Shown: one piece after another, positions 55,306-64,000 of the stretch | Layout: each line of letters begins with the position of its first letter | How positions within the stretch are numbered: position 1 is the stretch's first letter | The notes under the pieces: generated by a model | The model's database searches: none | Seen by the model: the letters and a program-made list of their open reading frames with translations, nothing else | What the model was told of the DNA's origin: nothing | Translations under genes and position numbers: made by a program | From: Octopus sinensis | Lineage: Eukaryota | DNA length: 64,000 bases | NCBI RefSeq assembly: GCF_006345805.1 | Contig: NC_043003.1 | Coordinates: 77,500,001 to 77,564,000 of the forward strand | Direction: 5' to 3'

Positions 55306-56308
55306 GGCACAGGTGTGATTGTGTGGTAAGAAGTTTGCTTCTCAGTTACCTGGTCCCGGGTTCAGTCCCAGTGCGTGGCACCTTAGGCAAGTGCCTTCTG
55401 CTACAGCCTTGGGTTGACCAAAGCCCTGTGAGTGGATTTGGTAGACGGAAACTGCAAGAGGCCCGTCGTATATTTATATATGTATATATCTATGTGTGTG
55501 TGTCATTGCATATGTGTTTGTTCACCAATACCAGTTTACAACAGCCGTTGGTGTTTTTGTGTCGCCGTAACTTAGAGGTCCGGCAAAAGAATAAGTACCA
55601 TGCTTTACGAAAATATTTTCTTTCTTTATTGCCTACAGGGGGCTAAACACAGAGAGGACAAACAAAGGGATTAAGTCGATTACATTGACCCTAGTGCGTA
55701 ACTGGTACTTATTTATTCGACATCGAAAGGATGAAAGGCAAAGTCGACCCCGGCGGAATCTGAGCTCAGAACGTAACCGGCAAACGAAATTCCTATTTCT
55801 TTATTACCCACAAGGGGCTAAACACAGAGAGGACAAACGGATTAAGTCGATTATATCTATCCCAGTGCGTAACTGGTACTTATTTAATCGATCCCGAAAG
55901 GATGAAAGGCAAAGTTGACTTTGGCGGAATTTGAACTAAGAACGTAGCGGCAGACGAAATACCTATTTCTTTACTACCCACAAGGGGCTAAACACAGAGA
56001 GGACAAACAAGGACAGACAAAGGGATTAAGTCGATTATATCGACCCCAGTGCGTAACTGGTACTTAATTTATCGACCCCGAAAGGATGAAAGGCAAAGTC
56101 GACCTCGGCGGAATTTGAACTCAGAACGTAGCGGCAGAAGAAATACTGCTGAGCATTTCGCCCGGCGTGCTAACGTTTCTGCCAGTTCACCACCTTTACG
56201 AAAATAGAATAAGTAATGGTGTCGATTCATTCGACAAAAATTCTTCAAGGCGGTGCCCCAGCATGACCGCAGTCAAGTCACTGAAATAAATAAAAGATAA
56301 AAGATAAA
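55306..56308 (+). mobile_element. Family A SINE interrupted by a nested family B trimer
   Basis: The 5' half is 55306-55615 and the 3' half is 56194-56308. Confidence 0.85.
55616..56193 (-). mobile_element. Trimeric family B SINE with 13-bp TSD
   Basis: ctttacgaaaata lies at 55603-55615 and 56194-56206. There are three head-to-tail units. Confidence 0.9.
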
Positions 56309-56329
56309 ACTTCCCAGTTTGCTGTTAAC

Positions 56330-57270
56330 TCGACTTTTTAAGAACTTTTTCTTAAAACTAGGATGCTGGATCCTTATTGCAACATGGCTTGAGAATTTGA
56401 GCGTTGTTCTAAGCGGAAGGCATAAATTCTACCACCTAACAAAGTGGAAGCGGCCCAAAGCAATATGTAGTCGGGAGGGTTTATTAGAAGAGAAAGCAAA
56501 AGAAAAAGAGAGGTTGGAATATCCCAGTAGATGCAGTGGCTATTTTAGGCTACAAAGCTGGAGCCTGTGGCTGTTGTTGCGTCTGCTTCAGGCGCATTAC
56601 GGGTCTTATGTCTAAAAATACCCAGAGCTGAAGCAAATGAGATCGTCTTGTCTTGAGAGTTTCTAGTTGAAGGGTGCCAAAGGTCATATAGCGGCATCAA
56701 GAAATCTAGGTCTCTCCCCTTTAAGCATAAAACCGACCAAAGGCTTTTGGCAGCATCAACAGCAACGATTTTACTATTTTGTTACGGTAGGGCAGAGATA
56801 TTTGAAAAGTTGGAAATCGTCGTAGAGAGTATATAAAAAGAAACAAAAGTAGCAACTAAAAGAACGAATCCAGACTAAAAGCAGGAAAGAGTCTGGAAGT
56901 CCTTCAAGTTGAGGTTCTCTGAAAAACCCCACAGATAACCTATATGTCTGTTGAACGACCTGAAAGAAACAAAGATTAAGGAGATAGGACTGAATCTATA
57001 GACACTTAATTAATAGACTATTGTTAGACAGCCTGGATCTAACTTTCCAGGTGCCTAGCTACAGGTCCATCAACTATTTTGGCTAATTTTGGCTCTTGTC
57101 GCCGACTCGTAACCTCCTTAGAGCGATGTCAGTCACCACACCAATTGCATATCAATAGCTAAACAGAGAAAATGACGCACAAACCATCCCGCCTTAATCA
57201 ACACCAACAATACTCACCGTATTACGTTGCAATACCGAGACCAAGACAGGGTGCTCAGGGTTGCTCGGAC
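56330..57270 (-). mobile_element. CR1-group LINE RT C-terminal remnant
   Basis: There are degenerate traces of AAKSL..VL and HKTRNAPE..SHCIYW (cf. YKAQIRP.LEYCSHIW). Confidence 0.45.
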
Positions 57271-57387
57271 GTACAGGCTGAGCAACACATACATACATGC
57301 ATACATACATACCTACCTACATACATGCATGCATGCATACATGCATACATACATACATGCATACATACATACATACATACATACATA

Positions 57388-57900
57388 CAAATTCCGCCGA
57401 GGTCGACTTTGCCTTTCATCCTTTCGGGGTCAATAAATTAAGTACCAGTTACGCACTGGGGTCGATATAATCGACTTAATCTGTTTGTCTTTCCTTGTTT
57501 ATACTTTCTGTGTTTAGCCCCTTGTGGGTAGTATAGAAATAGGTATTTCGTCTGCCGCTACGTTCTGAGTTCAAATTTTGCCGAGATTGACTTTGCCTTT
57601 CATCCTTTCGCGGTCGATAAATTAAGTACCAGTTACGCACTGGGGGTCAAGGTAATCGACTTAATACCTTTATATGTCCTTGTTTGTTCCTTCTATGTTT
57701 AGCCCCTTGAGGGCAATAAAGAAATAAGAATCGTTAGCAGGCTGGACACAATGCTTTTCGGCATTTCCGTTGGCTTTACGTTCGGAGTTCAAATGCCACC
57801 ACGGTCGACTTTGCTTTTCAACCTTTTGGGCTCAATAAAATAAGTGCCAGTCGAGCACTGGCGTCGATGTAATCGAATAGACCTTCACCCAAATGTTTAG
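57388..57900 (+). mobile_element. Family B SINE dimer followed by an older family B copy, next to the exon-1 donor
   Basis: It has the same gaaata|ggtatttcg junction as the trimer. Confidence 0.85.
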
Positions 57901-57953
57901 GCTGTATTGTTGTTGCTGTTATGTTAATGTAAATTTAAGAATATAATACCTAC

Positions 57954-58075
57954 CGACAGTCTATTTTCCTCTTCATTCCTGGACTACTCTGTTCACTGAT
58001 ATGAACTGTGATGAGAAGGATTGCAATCGTCCATACCAAACACTTCTGGTATGTTTTGTTGCACAGTTGTAACAT
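57954..58075 (-). CDS. elevenin: Elevenin (L11) neuropeptide precursor, coding exon 1: signal peptide, KR site and first Cys (MLQLCNKTYQKCLVWTIAILLITVHISEQSSPGMKRKIDC + CG)
   Basis: The ATG at 58075 has acaATG context. The exon begins at 58102 after the acceptor ttgtttcattgcAG and ends in phase 2 at the donor CG|GTAGGT. It has a hydrophobic core (LVWTIAILLITV) and joins in frame to the 34416 exon to give DCRKYIYAPRCRG. Confidence 0.9.
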
Positions 58076-58367
58076 TGTTCTGGATCTATAGTAAACTTGC
58101 TTCTGCAATGAAACAATAATATGCAATATTAGATTCAAGTTTAATTATATTATTTAGTCGAATCGAGGATAACATATGATAATAATGTAAGTCAATTAAA
58201 ATTACACCTGTACAAGATTAATAAATAAATTTTTGTGAAGGGAGCATACTACGATGTTTGGATAAGAAGTTCAAAAATATAATTGTGGAACATGTAGAAG
58301 TCTTCTTTAAATGCAAGGACATCTCTGGGGTGTTTTACTTAACCTTTTCAGTGAAATATTGTCTTAC

Positions 58368-58445
58368 CGGTACTGCAACACCTGAAATTTGAATAAACAT
58401 TATTAGGCGATGGAGGAGGGGGAATTTTTCAGGTTCAGATTTATA
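58368..58445 (-). promoter_or_regulatory. Candidate TATA box (TATAAAT, 58439-58445) and short non-coding first exon ending at the donor CCG|GTAAGA (58368)
   Basis: The TATA motif lies about 30 nt before a pyrimidine-rich Inr-like stretch. The strong donor is 265 bp upstream of the acceptor of the ATG exon. This is inference only. Confidence 0.4.
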
Positions 58446-58723
58446 ACTGTGGTCATCTTGTTTTTCTTTCTGAAAACAAGAATTATGCTACAACTTGGAC
58501 AAAATTCATGTACGCATGCAAGTTCAACAGCGATACTTAAGGTTAATGAGAATGACTATAGTTAATAAAAGTGTTCAAAGGACGTTCCGTGTTTAAAATT
58601 ATAGGTAATATATCGATGGCCTTGAATAAAAGATTGTGTATCACTCCACTTGTACCAGTTACAGATGAGATGTGATGATAGACTCATTCGTTAACTGATT
58701 TATTCAACAACTATTTATTTATT

Positions 58724-58899
58724 GGTTGTATACTGTCAATCTAACACGAACGTGACAGTACACTACCGCTGTTTAGCCCTAGGAAGCATCGATGGCTTTG
58801 ACACATTTTTTTTTTGGAGGCGTCGATGATTCCTAGGGCTAAACAGCGGTGGTGTACCCCCCTACTGTCACGTTCGTGTTAGATTGACAGTATACAACC
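58724..58899. mobile_element. 176-bp foldback MITE with 3-bp ATT direct repeats
   Basis: The TIRs start GGTTGTATACTGTCAATCTAACACGAACGTGACAGTA and the arms are about 70 bp. ATT lies at 58721-58723 and 58900-58902. Confidence 0.85.
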
Positions 58900-59314
58900 A
58901 TTCTATCTCCCCACCACCGTACATGTCTCTACGAGAGATTTAGAAATTTAGTATTTCTGATATTTATTTATTCATTTATTTAAAAAAACTTTTTAGATTG
59001 CTTCTGTACAACTTTATAGTCACTTGGTAGTCCTATGTTGCTACTTAATATTCTTATTACCATGGAGGAATATGCCAGGCTTATGTTCCAAATGGTGGTC
59101 TATCTGTATCATAAAGTTCCATAAACTTTTCACATTGTTATTTTTTAAGATTGGTGGAAGTTACTATAAGTACCATGGATTTTTTTTTGAATCATGTGAA
59201 ATGTTGTGGCTAAGAATATATAGAATAACTTTATAATGTTATTGTGTCTCCTAAGTAGGCACGTGGTGAAGCTGGTGAAAGACATCGTAGAATACAATAT
59301 GCTTTATTGTTTAT

Positions 59315-59548
59315 TATTTCTTTATTGCCCACAAGGGGCTAAACATAGAGGGGACAAACAAGGACAGACAAATGGATTAAGTCGATTACATCGACCCCAG
59401 TGCGTAACTGGTACTTATTTAAATGAACCCCCGAAAGGATGAAAGGCAAAGTCGACCTCGGCGGAATTTGAAGTCAGAACGTAACGGCAGACGAAATTCG
59501 GCTACGCATTTCGCCCGGCGTGCTAACGTTTCTGCCAGCTCGCCGCTT
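59315..59548 (-). mobile_element. Family B SINE monomer, young subfamily
   Basis: Full head-to-tail match. Confidence 0.88.
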
Positions 59549-60017
59549 TGATTGTTTCTGGAACTATCCAACACAAGTGTTATGAATATTTTTTAGATAT
59601 ATCTGGTGGTGATGGCCTGCTCTTCTGCCGGGAATAATTATGCTTCTGTAGCCCTCTTCAGAATCTGGCAAAAACGTTACCGTGCCAGAAAAAAATGCCC
59701 AGCAGCAGTTTTTTCCGCTCTAATTACTAGTTGAGCACTGGGGATGGGGGTCGATGTAATCGAGTTCCTCTTCCCCTTAAAATTGCTGACCTTGTGCGAA
59801 AATAAGCATCAGATTTGCTGTTCTTCTTTCATCGGTCGATAATATAAGCACCAGTAATATACAAGAATCGACACTATCAACTAAAACCCCTAAATAACGG
59901 TCTCAATAATTAAATAAATTCGTCCGTTTGTGATTATCAGTTTATCTATATCTACAATTTATGTCGATTTTATCTTATTGAGACAAAAGAGAAATACAGA
60001 TAGACAGATAGATAGAC

Positions 60018-60092
<75 letters not shown>

Positions 60093-60289
60093 GAAGGGAG
60101 AGAGAGAGAAACATGAGGGAGAGAGGGATAAATAGGAAACAATGAGTAGATATGAAGTGGTCATGTGGGCTTCGTATGGATCTATCCTGCGCTTTAATCT
60201 TTTGTTCAGATTCGCTGTGATCGTAGACGTAATTGCATTTTGAAACAGTTATTTTAGTTTTCCTCAAACTGGGTAGATATAGAAAGTAA

Positions 60290-62580
60290 CGCAGTGTTAC
60301 TTCATATGAGTTAACCTGACAAAGTTAGTTAAGATATGAGATATTCTGGTAATGTTAATTAAGACAGGAACAATGTATTAAGATAGAAATAGTGTTATGT
60401 AATATATAAGGTAACAGCGGAGTGTGACGTAAATCTCTCTATATATAAAGCTGAAGTTGTCTGTGTATGGCAGGTTTGGTAGCTTTCAACTAACACTATC
60501 TCCTCCGAGACCCTGCGGCGCAAGTTGACCAAAATTGAGAGTATGATAGAAGAAGGTTTGCTCTTCCTCCCGTAGAAGAAAAAATTCAAATCGGACCATG
60601 TTAACACCAAAGATTATTTACATCAAAAAGGTGCCTTTTTCCTATGCAAATCCCTATCTTTTACGATTTTTTTGACTGCTGTGTCGCCATTTTTCGGTGT
60701 ATTTCAACCAGAAAAATGTTCGCTTAAAGAGAATAACAAGTTACATAATGCAAAAGCTTTTACTTTTCAAAAATTCCAATTCTAAAGGGTCGAAAAGAAA
60801 ACAAACCCGAGCAACGCCGGGCGATACTGCTAGTTAGATATAATCTGGTAATGTTACCTAAGACTTAGACAATATGTCAGCGTTATCTGTGATAGATATA
60901 ATCTGGTAGTGTTACCTAAGATATAGATAATCCGGGATTATTACCAAAAATAAAGTTAGACACAGAGCATACCTGATTATTGCCATCACCAACGAGGGTA
61001 ATAATCCGATAGTGTTAACTCTGACAAAGATCATCTGAAACTGTTACCTGAGGTAGAGTTAGTTTGTGAGAGTTACCTAAGACGGAGGGAGATAATGAGC
61101 CAGTTTTAATCGGAGAATATTACTTTAAAATGCGTCTAATCCGGTAGTGTTAATCAATATAGAGGTAATCTGGTTGTTAACTAAGAGTATTACTTATGAT
61201 GCAATTAATTTAGGACTAGTTATAGATAATCTGGTAGTGTTATCTAAGATGGAGGTAATCTATCTGTGTTACCAACAATATAAAGTTAATCTGAGCTGGC
61301 TAAATAAGAAATAAGACAGATAATACGAGGTTATTATGCATTATAGGTTCAATATGACAGTGTAACTTCAGAAAAAAAAATTGTGTATGTTACTTTAGAG
61401 ATGATAGAATACTGTTTCTATGATAGAGATAATCTAGGATTATTACTTAATATATAGATAATCTTGTAGCGTAACTAGAGAAAGAAATATGGGAATTTTG
61501 TCAGAGTTATAGATAATCGCGGGGTGTTATGATAGCTATTGTCTGGAAGTGTTATCTAAAATTGCTACCTATGATGGTGATGATAAAAGAGTGCTATTTA
61601 TAAAAATGTTCTGGTACTGTAACCCAAGACTGACACAACTATCTAAGAGAATTATCTGAGAAAGAGATAATCTAGTATCTCTGAAATAATTCAGGAATAA
61701 TCTATGTGTGTGTTACTTAAGACAATAATCAAGTGTTACTTAGCATAGATATATTATGAAAGTGTTAAGAGAATGATAATTTCAAAATGTCGACGAAAGC
61801 TAGGGATAATCATAGAGTGTCAAGAATTATAGCGGTAATCTAAGTTTTTTTTTTGAAGGAGATAATCTGACAATGTTGCCTGAGGTAATGGTACTCTAAG
61901 ACAGTTACTTAAGATATATGTAAATTTTATCTAAGACAGAGATGAGATGGTACTCCTCCGTTAGAGACATTTTTTTTATTGTTAATTAAGATAATGATAA
62001 ACCAGTAATAAAAGCTATGATAATCTGTGGCTGTTATCTGAGACTGAGTGATTTAACAATGTTACTTAATATGGAAAATTTACCTCAAACAGAGAATATT
62101 TGACATAGTTTTGCAGTATTACAAAAGGCAGAGTACCTTGCTTATTAATTGAGAGCGTGTTACCTGAGATAAAGATAATCATCGTGTGTTTCCTCTTTTG
62201 GAAATAATCTTAGAAAACCACCAAAAATTGAAATAATCTGTGAATGTTATTTGAGAAAGAGAGTGGGGAGGAGAGGAAGTGAGGGAGTGAGGAAGAGAGG
62301 TGGAGAGGGAGTACTTGGAGCCTTAATTCAGATAACGATAATATGCGAGTGTTAAATATTTGATGATTTTGTAGACTTGCCTACATATTTGTTAGAGTTT
62401 CCTAAGATATAAACAGATATTTCACAAAGGTAATAGATTATCAGGTAGTTAATCAGAGCACATTAAGGATAATCTGAAAGTTTTACGATAATTCATAGAT
62501 AATCTTACCTAAGATATAGAATGTAATTTAAAACTGCTATCCAAGACAGAGTGAATGTTGTCAGTTTTACCTGAGATGGA
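60290..62580. repeat. Degenerate minisatellite of about 28-30 bp (gataatctggtagtgttacctaagatata)
   Basis: The motif recurs dozens of times with variable decay and is interrupted by a Helitron. Confidence 0.75.
60434..60833 (+). mobile_element. Non-autonomous Helitron
   Basis: A|TC start and an acaaacccgagcaacgccgggcgatactgCTAG|T end identical to that of 36609-37004. Confidence 0.9.
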
Positions 62581-62698
62581 GAAAATGTAGGAGTTTTAAG
62601 ATGACCAACGCTTACTAAGTGTTTACCAGTTGACGGAAACTGAAAGAAGTCCAGTGTTTGTAAAATACATGAAGCCTAATTCCTCAAATAGCCTTAAA

Positions 62699-62735
<37 letters not shown>

Positions 62736-63085
62736 CGTGGCACCTTGGGCAAGTGTCTTCTACTATAGCCTCGGGCCGACCAAAGCCTTGTGAGTGGATT
62801 TGGTAGACGGAAACTGAAAGAAGCCCGTCGTATATATGTATATATATGTATGTGTGTGTATGTGTTTGTGTGTCTGTGTTTGTCCCCCCAACATCGCTTG
62901 ACAACCGATGCTGGTGTATTTACGTCCCTGTAACTTAGCAGTTCGACAAAAGAGACCTATAGAATAAGTACTAGGCTTACAAAGAATAGTTCCTGGAGTC
63001 GATTTGCTCGACTAAAGGTGGTGCTCAAGCATGGCCACAGTCAAATGACTGAAACAAGTAAAAGAGTAAAAAAGAGTAAAGAGTA
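62736..63085 (+). mobile_element. Family A SINE, 5'-truncated
   Basis: It runs from gtggcaccttgggcaagtgtc through the gactgaaacaagtaaaagag tail. Confidence 0.88.
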
Positions 63086-63266
63086 TATTCGGCAAGATAG
63101 ATCGCTAGCCACAAAACATTCTTTATTTTCTCTCCTTGTTTCTTTCTGTGGAAGAGCGTAGGCTCGAAACGTTAAAGACTTTTTCACTTCCCGAGCGTTA
63201 TACTAATATCTGTTTGTTGTTTACACCACCTGTCTTCGTCTTTTGTTTTGTTTGTGAATTTTCCCT
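63085..63266 (+). mobile_element. Penelope-like terminal fragment (as 270-487)
   Basis: It is homologous to 270-487 and ends in (TA)n. Confidence 0.55.
63141..63178 (+). ncRNA. Minimal hammerhead-like motif with U6 core
   Basis: The RNA is UCUUU-CUGUGGA-A-GAGC-GUAG-GCUC-GAAAC-GUU-AAAGA. Stems I and II are perfect. Confidence 0.55.
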
Positions 63267-63279
63267 ATATATATATATA

Positions 63280-63335
<56 letters not shown>

Positions 63336-63545
63336 ATAGATTTTATTCGTATACATAGTAACCTTGTTGTTAACCATGAACTACAAAATAACTTTTTTCA
63401 GCTTATCGAACCTCGATATAGGAAAAATTTACAACCTTCTACGCCAATAAACTACCATTGTTCGTGAAAGCTGCTTTTATGTCTTCTATCTACTGTTCAA
63501 CGCTTACTAACTTCCAACACCTGAATCCTTCGACTTTAACGTATC

Positions 63546-63608
<63 letters not shown>

Positions 63609-63879
63609 ATGTGAGAAAGAGAGAGAGAGAGAGAAACTTTGTGTTTGGCCCTCTACACCGCTTGACAACAAGTTTTGGATTGTTTACGTCCTCTTAAGCA
63701 GGTCGGCATAAGAGAACCAAGAGAATAAGTACCGTGGTTTAAAGAAATAAGTTGAAATAAACTGGGAGTAGATATAAATGATAATGCAATTTCACTTGAG
63801 GAACAAATAATCTGCTAGTTTTACCCGAGATATAGATAGCTAGCGACTGTCACATACGATAAAAATATTAGTTTCAAAT

Positions 63880-64000
63880 TTTGAAACAATGCCAGTCATT
63901 TCGCGGGTGGAGGTATAAATCGATTACCAGTGATCAGCTGATACTTATTTTATCGACACTGAAAGGATGAAAGACAAGGTCGACCTCGGCAAAATTTGAA
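63880..64000 (-). mobile_element. Family B SINE running off the window edge
   Basis: It reads tacttattttatcgac..gaaaggatgaaag..gtcgacctcggc. Confidence 0.75.

Overview
AT-rich eukaryotic DNA saturated with microsatellites, SINEs, LINE/Penelope fragments and DNA transposons. The repeat families look like those of Octopus (inference). Almost the whole window appears to be one minus-strand gene that the ORF track does not reveal: an elevenin (L11) neuropeptide precursor. Its coding exons are 58075-57954, 34416-34336, 12554-12446 and, less certainly, 1139-1059, separated by introns of 23.5, 21.8 and 11.3 kb. The splice sites are canonical and phase-compatible and give a 130-aa precursor: MLQLCNKTYQKCLVWTIAILLITVHISEQSSPGMKR-KIDCRKYIYAPRCRGVGA-KR-SFPMTNFQDKERDVGNSEHSDRDVLLNYLLSKGEGRDPYYNTRSYSDEHNGYFNRRVNDVAVYTIDGNCNATSV*. 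The introns hold the most unusual structures. These are Penelope-associated minimal hammerhead ribozymes (one with an intact core in the sense orientation of the pre-mRNA), a near-perfect 626-bp inverted repeat carrying a compensatory U3-A8 hammerhead-like core, a 108-nt hairpin, a mariner with two 5' ends, a 35-bp hAT relic with an 8-bp TSD, and SINE multimers. Two helitrons are present, one intronic and one in the upstream flank. All calls come from reading the sequence by eye; nothing was searched or folded computationally.
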